Source: Cenarchaeum sp.
GTDB taxonomy: Archaea; Thermoproteota; Nitrososphaeria; Nitrososphaerales; Nitrosopumilaceae
Direction: 5' to 3'
Length of the DNA stretch: 64,000 nucleotides
Assembly: GCA_965242695.1 (NCBI GenBank)
Contig: CBDESU010000001.1
Span: forward strand, 2,080,001-2,144,000
Under the pieces are notes generated by a model. That model made no database searches, was not told the origin of the DNA, and was given only the letters and a program-made list of their open reading frames with translations. Shown one piece after another: positions 9,454 to 18,332 of the stretch; within the stretch, counting starts at the first letter, position 1, and every line of letters starts with the position of its first letter. The translations under genes were made by a program, and so were the position numbers.

Positions 9454-9693
9454 AAAAAACACTGTAAGATACGGAACAAGGCTCGTGATGTATCAAAGAA
9501 GAGGTAAGAGACTATGTCAAAAATCATGTTTTTGCATACGGAGTTCAAGGTACACATTCAGGCCTCTAGCATCAGGCCGTGCCCTGGTTGCCTCCGACGC
9601 GCGCGCTGTTTACCATAGACCCTAATATGGACTATTCAAGCGTAGAAGGGAGTGTAAAGGGTTTTATCCCACCCCACACGCCTGCGGGCGAGC

Positions 9694-10320
9694 ATGTCAC
9701 TAGACACCGCCAGAGAATCTCTTGAGTCGATAGCAGGATCGCTATCAAATGCGCACGATGCGCGCGAGTACCTCATTCGCAACACACGCGACGTGGTCAT
9801 ACTCTGCTCTAGATCCATAGCCGCGGTGCATCGAGGCGACATGGACAACGCCTTGTCAAAGGCCGACGAGGCAGAGCGCTTGCTCAGGTCGCACCGCAAA
9901 AAGGCAGGCAGCGACCTAGTCGCCCACCTGGCCGTCGCCGAGCAAGAGCTTGTCGAGGCAAGAGCTCTGATCGCCATCGCCTCGCGCAAGCCGGTGCCCT
10001 CGGCGGCCGAGCTAGGCACACCTGACGGGGCGTACGTGCTAGGCCTACTCGACTGCATAGGCGAACTCAAGCGCCTTGCGCTGGACCGCATCAGGGCCGG
10101 CGACGCGGCCGAGTCGAATAGAGTCTTTGGCATAATGCAGGAGCTGTACGAGGCGGTGTACCCGTTTGCCACCCTGGACAAGGTCGTAAGGGACGTGCGC
10201 CGCAAGCTCGACGTGAACAGGTCGCTCATAGAGAGCGTGCGCGCCGCAGTCACCGAAGAGGCAAGGCGCGCCGAGCTGATCAGGGCCCTAGGGGAAGCTA
10301 GCGGAGCCAGCGGGGGCTGA
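9694..10320 (+). CDS. Translin/Trax-family RNA-binding protein
   Basis: DAREYLIR, QELVEA, YVLGLLDCIGELKR, VRRKLDV; all-helical ~208 aa. Confidence 0.85.
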   Translation: MSLDTARESLESIAGSLSNAHDAREYLIRNTRDVVILCSRSIAAVHRGDMDNALSKADEAERLLRSHRKKAGSDLVAHLAVAEQELVEARALIAIASRKPVPSAAELGTPDGAYVLGLLDCIGELKRLALDRIRAGDAAESNRVFGIMQELYEAVYPFATLDKVVRDVRRKLDVNRSLIESVRAAVTEEARRAELIRALGEASGASGG

Positions 10321-10360
10321 CGGCGGACGGTGCGTAGTAGTAACCGGATAGTTGTGGTAG

Positions 10361-10445
10361 TGCGGGCGATGGGATTTGAACCCACGAACTCCTAAGAGAC
10401 TAGCCCCTCAAGCTAGCGCCTTTGGCCAGGCTGGGCGACACCCGC
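10361..10445 (-). tRNA. tRNA-Leu (anticodon GAG)
   Basis: Reverse complement GCGGGTGTCGCCCAGCCTGGCCAAAGGCGCTAGCTTGAGGGGCTAGTCTCTTAGGAGTTCGTGGGTTCAAATCCCATCGCCCGCA; cloverleaf with long variable arm. Confidence 0.96.
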
Positions 10446-10705
10446 ACCCGGCCGCACAGGGCGGATTTTATAATCTATGGCAGGCCGTCGGCAGGGCACT
10501 CATGCGCCCTCCGCGTCAGGCACAGCTGCAGGTGCATGTCAATGACCCCCGCAGGAAGCCCGACACTCCACCGCTACCCCGAACAGGAGGCATGCCGCAT
10601 CTAGCGGCGCTGGTCGCATGCCGATCGGTCTAACCACGAAGGCTCGATTGGAGACGGCCAGATGTTCGTCCACGCCCGCACCCCAAAGACCACCGCCTCC
10701 GGGCC

Positions 10706-12052
10706 CTACCCCAAAAGATCGTCAAGGGCCTTCATGTTTGCAGCCCAAAAGCCTCGCAGGCCTCCGCCGACCTGCCCGCGCTCGTTGATGTCGAGACGCT
10801 CGGCTCCGGCCACGACCCCCGCCTCGCCGGTGCCAAAGGAGTTGATGACGAGATCGGCGTTCGTGATCGGGCACCCCTCCTTCCTGACGTACCCAAGCAG
10901 CGGGTAGAGGATGTGGCTGCTGTGGCACGTGAATATGATCTGCTTGCCCTCCTCGACCGACAGCCTCACCATGGCGCCGGCAAGCCTGGTCTGGGACTCC
11001 GGATCCAGGTGCATCTCCGGCTCTTCTATGGCGATGACCGAGCCCCTTGGCGATCCGGCCAGCACGGCCAGCATCGTGATCAGGCTGGCCGATCCATCCC
11101 CCCTGCGCACTGCGGCGCCCGGCGATCCGGCGCCCGCAAAGTCCGGCGGCAATCCCCGCCCTTCGCCGCCGGCCGGCGGCAGGGCGCGCGCCGCGACCCG
11201 GCCGAGCCCGATGTCTTCAAGCAGGGAGGACACCTTGTTCCGGAGCGGCGCATTCTCAACGATCCAGCCGAGCGGCGACGATGCGCCTCCCGCGCGGCCG
11301 ACCGGCGGCAGGCCCAAGCCGCGTTCGAGAGGCGATGCGTACAAGTCGACAGCCCTTGAAAACGGAACATAGTACGCCCCGGCGAGCAGGGTGGCAAAGT
11401 ATTCGCCGCTTGCAAGCGAGTCCGCAAGCGCGCCTGCCGCGGGGCGGTTGCCCGGGGGCAGGCGTATGCGCGGCGCAAAGCCGCCGTCCTCCTGTGCCTG
11501 CTCGGCGCGCCCCGCCGGCACCCATGGACCCGTCACCGTGGCCGAGCCGCGCTGCCCGTCGTACGCGTATGCCACCCTCGTCTCGCACGGTCCCGATGCG
11601 GCCGCACCGCGCCACATTTCGACCGCAGCATCGACCCTGCTTGGCCGTCCTGATCTGCCAAATTCTGCGCCGTACGAAAAGCTGCTGGCCACACCGGGGG
11701 CGCCGTCCATGCCGATGACCCTTTGCCCCTCCACCCCGATGCGCATGTTGCGAGGTGAGTCCCCGTCCGCCGCCATGCCTCCAAAGTCCCCGCTGTCGAG
11801 CGAGCCGCCGCCACCCGCGGCATGTCCCTTTTCAAGGGCTGCCTTGATCACAAACAGGGCCTGCAGGGCGGTCGTCTTGCCCGATCCAGTCGGTCCGATC
11901 AGGGCCGTAATCCTTCCCAGATCAAGGTCGAGAGTCCCGTGGCCCCTGAAGTTGCGCAGGCTCATGCGGCCGAGCCGCGTGTGCCGCGTCTGCAGCCGCG
12001 CATCCTCCAAGTCGGACTGTGCGCCGCTCATCATCTGCATCGCCATGGCCAT
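10706..12052 (-). CDS. ABC-type/AAA_21-like ATPase (OLD/AbiEii/DUF3696-like), defence-associated class
   Basis: LRNFRG, ITALIGPTGSGKT Walker A, IAIEEPEMHL Walker B, QIIFTCHS H-loop, C-terminal LDINERG..GFW. Confidence 0.8.
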   Translation of the reverse strand: MAMAMQMMSGAQSDLEDARLQTRHTRLGRMSLRNFRGHGTLDLDLGRITALIGPTGSGKTTALQALFVIKAALEKGHAAGGGGSLDSGDFGGMAADGDSPRNMRIGVEGQRVIGMDGAPGVASSFSYGAEFGRSGRPSRVDAAVEMWRGAAASGPCETRVAYAYDGQRGSATVTGPWVPAGRAEQAQEDGGFAPRIRLPPGNRPAAGALADSLASGEYFATLLAGAYYVPFSRAVDLYASPLERGLGLPPVGRAGGASSPLGWIVENAPLRNKVSSLLEDIGLGRVAARALPPAGGEGRGLPPDFAGAGSPGAAVRRGDGSASLITMLAVLAGSPRGSVIAIEEPEMHLDPESQTRLAGAMVRLSVEEGKQIIFTCHSSHILYPLLGYVRKEGCPITNADLVINSFGTGEAGVVAGAERLDINERGQVGGGLRGFWAANMKALDDLLG

Positions 12053-12568
12053 GGTTGCGGCCGCCTTGGGAGTCTATGTTAGCCTTTGCCAGTGGCGCAG
12101 GACCGTCCGCGCGCCCTGTCGAACGCGCCGCAGGGGGCGGGGCGGCGCAGAATCCGATGCGTTGAGGTCGCACGGATGATCAAGGCGGGCAGGTGGGAGA
12201 CAGTGGGCGGGAAGAGCGCTCGCAGGCACGGGGCGCCGCCGCTCAGGCCGGCAGAGTGGGCGCGCGGTGCGGCAGGCTAGACGCAGACGCCACATGCGCC
12301 GTGTAGCCATCCCGCAGGCAGGCGGCGCGAGCAGTGGCAGCCCGCGCCGGCTCGGAGGCGATCCAAGCGCAGATGGGACGGATGCCGCGCCTGCAGGCCC
12401 GCGCCGCGCAGCAGCCGCGCCGCGCGCCGGCAGTCCGGCAGGCCGCGCCCAGAGCCCCCGCAGTACGGCCCGCCCGCGCCCGTGCAGCGAACGGGTCTAG
12501 TGGCGCCTACAGGCCCCCTGATGCCGCCGCATCGTTGATTTTTATAGGCTCGAAAACGGCGCGCGCCC

Positions 12569-12805
12569 GTGCTGATCCCCGTCAGGTGCTTTACGTGCGG
12601 CAGCGTGGTCGCCGACAGGCACGCCGAGTACAAGGAGCGCACCACCAACGGCGAGAACGCCGGCAAGGTCCTTGACGACCTGGGGATCATGCGGTACTGC
12701 TGCCGGCGGATGCTCCTCACGTCGGTCGAGACCATAAAGCAGATCGTTCCGTTCTACGAGGCCGTCAACAGGCGCAAGCTAGAGGTACAGAGCGAGCTTG
12801 AGTGA
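12569..12805 (+). CDS. rpo10: DNA-directed RNA polymerase subunit N (Rpo10)
   Basis: MLIPVRCFTCG..RYCCRRMLL. Confidence 0.97.
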   Translation: MLIPVRCFTCGSVVADRHAEYKERTTNGENAGKVLDDLGIMRYCCRRMLLTSVETIKQIVPFYEAVNRRKLEVQSELE

Positions 12806-14141
12806 CGAGGCCGGCCACGGCGGCATCAGCGGGACGGATGGACAGCCCCCCCACAGGATCACGTCCGTGGTGGCCCGCGTGGTCTACAACAGCCGCGGCT
12901 CAAAGACCATAGAGGCAGACGTCGTCACAGACGGCAGGTTCAGGGGCAGGACGGCCGCGCCGTCGGGCGCAAGCGTCGGCAGGCGCGAGGCCGTCGCGTT
13001 CCCCGAGGGCGGCCCGGCCAGGAGCGTGCAGATCATCGGCGAGGGCGCCGGCGCATTCACGGGCCTGGACCCGGCCGACATGCAGGCGGTCCACGGCGCG
13101 ATCCGGTCGATCGACGACACGCCCAACTATTCCCGCATGGGCGGGGCCGCCGCCTTTGCGGTGTCGATCGCGGCCGCAGAGTCGGCCGCGCGGGCGCGCG
13201 GCGAGCCGCTGTTCCGGACCATATCGGACGGATGCCGGAGCATCGGCGGCGGCGGCGCAGCGCCGGAGCTCTACCTCCCGCGCCCGCTCGGAAACATACT
13301 CGGCGGCGGAGCGCACGCCGGCGCAGGCGCCCCCGACATACAGGAGATTCTGGTGTGCGCCGTCGGCGCCCGCACCGCGCGCGAGGCAGTAGAGACGAAC
13401 ATCGCCGTCCACGCCGAGCTCGGAGCAGTACTACAGCGCGACGACCCGATGTTCTCGGGCGGCAAGGGCGACGAGGGCGGGTGGGCCCCAAGGGCCGACA
13501 ACGAAAAGGCGCTTGCGCTGGCAGCGAGGGCGTGCGAGAACCTCGGGTACACGCTGGGCAGAGAGGTAGCGCTCGGCGTCGACTTTGCCTCCTCTACGCA
13601 GTGGGACGAAAAGGCGGGCAGGTATGACTACGCGAGGGCCGGAGTCTCGAACACGCCCGGCGAGCAGGTAGAGTTCGCATCGTCGATAATCGACAGGTAC
13701 AAGCTAGCGTACGCCGAGGACGCCGTCCACGAGGACGACTTTGACGGCATGGCAGAGGTCGCCTCCAGGTGCCCCCGCACGCTCGTGACCGGCGACGACC
13801 TGACCGTCACGAGCGCCGAGGCGCTGCGCACGGCAGTGTCCAGGAGGTCGTGCAACGCGGCCATCCTAAAGGTCAACCAGGCGGGCGGCCTGCGCGACGC
13901 GGCCGAGTTTGCCGCCGAGGCGGCCGCGTCCGGCGTGCGCCTGGTCACGTCGCACCGCTCTGGCGAGACGCCCGACGCCCACATCGCCCACGTGGGGATC
14001 GCCACGTCGTCGGCCATGCTCAAGGCCGGCATAGTCGGCGGCGAGAGGGTCGCAAAGCTCAACGAGCTCGTCAGGGCCGAGGAAGAGTACGGCCCGGCGG
14101 GGCAGGGTTTAATAAAGGGGCTCGCGGGGGCGCAAGCCTAG
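12798..14141 (+). CDS. eno: Enolase
   Basis: NSRG, PSGAS, KGDEGG, GDDL, LKVNQ, SHRSGET, ERVAKLNEL motifs. Confidence 0.95.
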   Translation: MSDEAGHGGISGTDGQPPHRITSVVARVVYNSRGSKTIEADVVTDGRFRGRTAAPSGASVGRREAVAFPEGGPARSVQIIGEGAGAFTGLDPADMQAVHGAIRSIDDTPNYSRMGGAAAFAVSIAAAESAARARGEPLFRTISDGCRSIGGGGAAPELYLPRPLGNILGGGAHAGAGAPDIQEILVCAVGARTAREAVETNIAVHAELGAVLQRDDPMFSGGKGDEGGWAPRADNEKALALAARACENLGYTLGREVALGVDFASSTQWDEKAGRYDYARAGVSNTPGEQVEFASSIIDRYKLAYAEDAVHEDDFDGMAEVASRCPRTLVTGDDLTVTSAEALRTAVSRRSCNAAILKVNQAGGLRDAAEFAAEAAASGVRLVTSHRSGETPDAHIAHVGIATSSAMLKAGIVGGERVAKLNELVRAEEEYGPAGQGLIKGLAGAQA

Positions 14142-15025
14142 TGAGCCAGCGGCAGGAGAGGGACGGCGGGGGCTACGACCCGCACCGTGAGCAGCAGAAC
14201 AGGAGCATACGGGCGGGCACGCAGGTCGTCACAAAGTCGATGAGCCGCTTTGTCACGTCGCCGAGCAGCGAGGGGCAGTACAACTTTGACCTCGACACGA
14301 CGTACAGCCGCATACGGGTGGCCGCCAAGTTCATCAAGCGGACGATCATGGGCGACGGCGGGCCGGCCGGCGTCCTCGTGTTCTCGTCAAAAGAGATCGC
14401 CCGCGAGTCGATCGAGGCGTTCTGCAAGGAGACTGGCACGACGCCAAAGATGGGCAGGTTCATGCCCGGCACGCTGACCAACCCGTCCCTGCCGTACTAT
14501 ACAGAGCCGACGCTCGTCGTCGTCTCGGACCCGCAGGCCGACTCGCAGGCGGTCACCGAGGCGACGAACGCTGGGGTGCCCGTCGTCGGCGTGGCGAGCA
14601 CCGAGGGCATGCCGTTCAGGGTCGACGTGGTCATCCCGGCCAACAACCGCGACCGGCGGGCCCTGGAGGGGGTGTACAAGCGGCTCGCCGAAGAGATCGA
14701 CATGGTCGCCGTCGATCCGGCGGCCGACGGCAATGCGGCCGCCGCCGCGGCGGCGGCAGCTGCCACCGGCCGCGACGTAAGGGAGGCCGAGGAGGCTGCC
14801 AAAAAGGAGGCCGAGGAGGCTGCCAAAAAGGAGGCCGAGGACGGGGGCGGCGATGCATCCGCCGCCGCTGGTGCTACAGGAGACGGAGGGGCTGCCGAGG
14901 CGGCCGCCGGAGGCGATGCCGCGGAAAAGGCGGCGAAGGCCGCAGGTGGCGAGGCATCGGGTGGCGAAGGCAACAAGCCGTCGTCGACTACGACCCCCGC
15001 CTCGGGCGGCGGCGAATCCGCATAA
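14141..15025 (+). CDS. rps2: 30S ribosomal protein uS2 with Ala/Glu/Gly-rich C-terminal extension
   Basis: GRFMPGTLTNP, DPQADSQAVTEA, VIPANN motifs; GTG start 14141; rpoN-eno-rps2 synteny. Confidence 0.92.
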   Translation: MSQRQERDGGGYDPHREQQNRSIRAGTQVVTKSMSRFVTSPSSEGQYNFDLDTTYSRIRVAAKFIKRTIMGDGGPAGVLVFSSKEIARESIEAFCKETGTTPKMGRFMPGTLTNPSLPYYTEPTLVVVSDPQADSQAVTEATNAGVPVVGVASTEGMPFRVDVVIPANNRDRRALEGVYKRLAEEIDMVAVDPAADGNAAAAAAAAAATGRDVREAEEAAKKEAEEAAKKEAEDGGGDASAAAGATGDGGAAEAAAGGDAAEKAAKAAGGEASGGEGNKPSSTTTPASGGGESA

Positions 15026-15933
15026 TGCCGCAGGTGAGGGAGCCCGCAGTCGCGGGAATGTTCTACCCCGACGGCAGGGACGAGCTAGAGGCCGAGATAC
15101 GCAGGTGCAGCGGGGACGAGTACGGGCCGCACGGCGGCAAGGAAGAGTCCGAGGATGCGGCCCCCGTCCTCGGCGCCATCTGCCCCCACGCGGGGTACCG
15201 GTACTCGGGGCCCGTCGCATGCCACTCGATCGAGGCGCTCGCATCCGAGGCGTCCAGGCGGCGCGATGAGGGCGGCGGGGACGGCGAGTCGCAGTCCCTA
15301 TTCATCATGGCCGGCCCGAACCACCGCGGCATCGGGGCCGCCACGGCCACGATGTCGCACTGCGCATGGCGCACGCCGCTCGGCGACGTAGAGGTAGACT
15401 CGCAGGCGGCCGACGCCCTGGCCGCCGAGTCCGGCGGCATGGCCAGGCCGGACAACTATGCGCACTCTGGCGAGCACAGCCTAGAGGTGCAGGTTCCGAT
15501 GCTGCAGCACTTTGTCGGCCCCGGCGTGTCCATACTGCCCGTCCTGATGGCCGACCAGTCGAGCGGGACGGCCGAGAGGCTGGGCCATGCGATGGCCAGG
15601 GTGGCCGCTGGGGCGGGCCGTGGGGGCGAGGGCCCCGCGATGCTGATCGGCTCGTCTGACCTGACGCACTACGAGCCGAACGGCGATGCGCACGAAAAGG
15701 ACGGCGAGCTCGTCGAGGCGATCCTCGGCATGGACGTAGAAGGGTTCTACCGCATCCTGCGGGACAGGCACGTGACGGCGTGCGGGTACGGGGCGATCGC
15801 CGCCACGATGGTCGCATGCGCCGACCTCGGCGCCACGCGGGGCAGGCTGCTCAGGTACGCGACGAGCTACGACGTCGCCGGCGCCGACGAGTCGTCGGTC
15901 GTAGGGTACGCGTCGGTAGTGTTCTGCCGATGA
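15025..15933 (+). CDS. MEMO1 family protein (AmmeMemoRadiSam protein B)
   Basis: REPAVAGMFYP, PHAGYRYSG, GPNH, EHSLEVQ, SSDLTHY, CGYG, SVVGYAS. Confidence 0.93.
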   Translation: MPQVREPAVAGMFYPDGRDELEAEIRRCSGDEYGPHGGKEESEDAAPVLGAICPHAGYRYSGPVACHSIEALASEASRRRDEGGGDGESQSLFIMAGPNHRGIGAATATMSHCAWRTPLGDVEVDSQAADALAAESGGMARPDNYAHSGEHSLEVQVPMLQHFVGPGVSILPVLMADQSSGTAERLGHAMARVAAGAGRGGEGPAMLIGSSDLTHYEPNGDAHEKDGELVEAILGMDVEGFYRILRDRHVTACGYGAIAATMVACADLGATRGRLLRYATSYDVAGADESSVVGYASVVFCR

Positions 15934-16931
15934 CGGGGGCTGGGAAGGGGGCGGTGCGCCCGGCCGCCGCGCGCGCCCCCGGCAAGGCCATACTGTTCGG
16001 CGAGCACTTTGTGGTGCACGGCTCACCGGCCATCGCGTGCGCCATCGGCAGGCACGTGACCGCGACTGTAGGGGCGCTGGAGCGGGGCGCGGTGCGCGTC
16101 GAGGCGCCGCCCTGGGAGCCGGTCGAGGCGCCGCTCGGCGAGGACATGCCCGGCGGCCTGCCGGCTCCGCTTGCGGCCGTCTGCGGCATGGCCGTGTCGG
16201 CGGCGGACAGGGCGGGGGCCGGCCTGCGCGTCGCCATCGACAGCGAGCTGCCGCTCGGCTCGGGCCTCGGCTCGTCGTCGGCGTGGTGCGTGGCAGCGGC
16301 CGCGGCCATGCGGGCGGCGCTCGGCGAAGAGTGCGGCATGGACGGCGTGCACGCCGCGGCCCTAGAGGCCGAGAGGTCCGCGTTTGGCGGGGCGTCCGGA
16401 ATCGACACGGCCGCATGCGCGTACGGCGGGTTCGGCTCGTACACGACGGGCGGGCCCGGCGCCGGATGGAGGCCGCTTGATGCGGGCGGGCCGCTGCGCC
16501 TTGTGGTGGCCGACACTGGCAAGATCCACTCGACGGCAGAGATGGTCGGGGCCGTGTCCCGGTTCAGGGACGAGAACAGGGCAGAGTTCGACATGATGGC
16601 CAACAAGTCTACCAAGATTGCCCGATACGGGGAGGTGGCCATCAAGGGTGGCGACACTGCGGCGCTGGGAAGGCTCATGTCCGAGAGCCATGCGCTCCTG
16701 TCCAGGATCGGCGTGTCCACCGACGCGGCCGATGCGCTCGTCAAGGCGGCCGAAGGGGCTGGTAGCCCGGGCGCAAAGATCACGGGCGCCGGAGGGGGAG
16801 GGTGCGTTGTTGCCCTGCCGGCCCCGGGATCGAGAGGAGAGGATGCCGTCATGAAGGCCATGGAGAATGCCGGCTCGCCGCTGCTCTTTGCGACCGGCGC
16901 GGGCACAAAGGGCGTGCACGTTTGCGCCTAG
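15930..16931 (+). CDS. mvk: Mevalonate kinase
   Basis: APGKAILFGEHFVVHG, PLGSGLGSS, SGID, KITGAGGGG; ATG 15930 overlaps the MEMO1 stop. Confidence 0.93.
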   Translation: MTGAGKGAVRPAAARAPGKAILFGEHFVVHGSPAIACAIGRHVTATVGALERGAVRVEAPPWEPVEAPLGEDMPGGLPAPLAAVCGMAVSAADRAGAGLRVAIDSELPLGSGLGSSSAWCVAAAAAMRAALGEECGMDGVHAAALEAERSAFGGASGIDTAACAYGGFGSYTTGGPGAGWRPLDAGGPLRLVVADTGKIHSTAEMVGAVSRFRDENRAEFDMMANKSTKIARYGEVAIKGGDTAALGRLMSESHALLSRIGVSTDAADALVKAAEGAGSPGAKITGAGGGGCVVALPAPGSRGEDAVMKAMENAGSPLLFATGAGTKGVHVCA

Positions 16932-16955
16932 GAATCGCGCAATGAGGACAGGGTA

Positions 16956-17270
16956 TCAATCCTTGCCATACACAGCCTTGTGATCGCCCACGCGGAGAAA
17001 GACTATGCAGTCCTTTCCAACGCAATACAGTATCCTGTACGATCGATTGATCTCGTATGCAAAGGTAACGCATTTTGGGCATCCGGGAATAGCATACCGA
17101 ATATTTTTGCGTACGCCTAATGATGCAGGGTCTGCAGATTCTATTATGGTACGAAGTGCCTTGTGGGCGCGTTGCGCCATGTCTGTGTTTAATTTGGCAA
17201 TCTGCTTGCCAAACAGGGGATCTGTTATTACATGCATCAGGATTCCTCGCCAGATTGGACGGCCGCTCAT
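16956..17270 (-). CDS. RelE/ParE-family toxin
   Basis: 104 aa basic protein; YEINRSYRILY..FLRVGDHKAVY RelE-like C-terminus; alternative start 17237. Confidence 0.75.
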   Translation of the reverse strand: MSGRPIWRGILMHVITDPLFGKQIAKLNTDMAQRAHKALRTIIESADPASLGVRKNIRYAIPGCPKCVTFAYEINRSYRILYCVGKDCIVFLRVGDHKAVYGKD

Positions 17271-17795
17271 TTATGTGTTTTGGTACTCGGCATGTGCCTT
17301 GGAGCTTACAGCATCGTCGATCATACGGATAAACTCAGCCTTCGACATACGGCGTAGCTTTACAGAGCCCGAGGCGATGGCCTCAATGTCTGCGATCTCC
17401 CCGGGTGACAGGGGTGGAGAGTATACGGGAGAGGCCCCCTCCGCGCCTCCGGGTGCAGATTGAAAGTCCGCCCCCAATCCAGGGCCACACGGCATGTCAG
17501 TCTGCAGACCCAAGCGCCCGGGATCACCGCCTATCTCTGCCAGACCTTTGCGGGTAATCTGGACCGAGCCGCGGCTCGGGTACGACACAAGACCGGCTTT
17601 TTTTAGGCTAGTCTTGACGCGGCCGATTTTGCGCCTTGTATTACTGACAGGGCTGTTTTTGGTCCGCGCATCCGAATCATCCCGGACAAGGATCGCAGAC
17701 TTTGCCAGAATCTCTTCAAGTTCGTCCACCGAGCGGGTCCGTCCATCCGCGATTCCGCGCAAGAGAGGAACCGCCATGTCTGCAACGCGTGGCAT
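17271..17795 (-). CDS. Mrr N-terminal winged-helix domain fused to a putative antitoxin segment
   Basis: MP..MAVPLLRGIADG..RVKTSLKKAGLVSYPSRGSVQITRKG (Mrr_N-like); C-terminal LSPGEIADIEAIASG..MSKAEFIRMID; TATA-like element ~25 nt upstream of ATG 17795; stop abuts the toxin ATG. Confidence 0.7.
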   Translation of the reverse strand: MPRVADMAVPLLRGIADGRTRSVDELEEILAKSAILVRDDSDARTKNSPVSNTRRKIGRVKTSLKKAGLVSYPSRGSVQITRKGLAEIGGDPGRLGLQTDMPCGPGLGADFQSAPGGAEGASPVYSPPLSPGEIADIEAIASGSVKLRRMSKAEFIRMIDDAVSSKAHAEYQNT

Positions 17796-17995
17796 CCGGC
17801 AAGCCCACGATGCGGCGGTATATATGCATTTTATGACGGGCCGTCCCGAACCGATGGCCCTGCCCCTACAGGTCGGCAGGTGTGCTAGACATGCGCGCCG
17901 GTAGAGCCGAGCGCTTACGAGCCGGCGACAGCAGCGGGCAAGAAGTGTGCAGAATCGGCGCGCCGGCGCCACATATCGCCATGTCGAGCACTGGC

Positions 17996-18094
17996 GGCCG
18001 CACTAGGCGCCGCCCGCCTGCACCCGGCGAGCAGTGTGCCTAGGGCATGCCGGGGAGCAGGCAGATGGCCGCACTAGGCGCCGCCCGCCTGCAC
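17996..18094. repeat. 28-bp direct repeat, 71-bp period
   Basis: ggccgcactaggcgccgcccgcctgcac at 17996 and 18067, with a 43-nt unique spacer. Confidence 0.85.
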
Positions 18095-18198
18095 ACTGCA
18101 TTGCCTGCTACTAGCGAGCAGGACATACCGCGGACCCTGCCGCTTGCACATCCTTTTCCCCCGCTGTGAGTCTGGCAGGCTGCCGGCGACTGGTCCAA

Positions 18199-18285
18199 CC
18201 CCACCCCCACCCCCCACCCCCCACCCCCCACCACCACAAGTCGCGCGAGGCAGTCCCGGCCCCACCCCCCCCCCCCCACCCCCCC
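18199..18285 (-). repeat. (C4-6A)n and poly-C tracts; G-quadruplex-capable on the minus strand
   Basis: ccccacccccaccccccaccccccacccccca ... cccaccccccccccccccaccccccc. Confidence 0.8.
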
Positions 18286-18332
18286 GCCACGGGCGACAGA
18301 AACAAAAGAGCCGCGGCGGGCGCGCCGGCGCG

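Larger units (their letters stand above)
4130..9560. mobile_element. AT-rich horizontally acquired island carrying a type III R-M system
   Basis: Abrupt drop in GC (roughly 40% by eye versus ~70% flanks); no integrase or att sites seen; boundaries approximate. Confidence 0.75.

Noticed and set aside
4078-9602. 10-bp inverted repeat (gcgtcggagg / cctccgacgc) near the R-M island ends as terminal inverted repeats
   Set aside because: Too short and GC-rich to exceed chance; no transposase or target-site duplication
10480-10705. Possible small partner gene downstream of the AAA ATPase
   Set aside because: A short GTG-started frame exists but shows no recognisable motif
18144-18332. Pro-rich N-terminal extension of the DinG helicase in the ORF track
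   Set aside because: Arises from read-through of poly-C tracts; helicase homology starts near 18333
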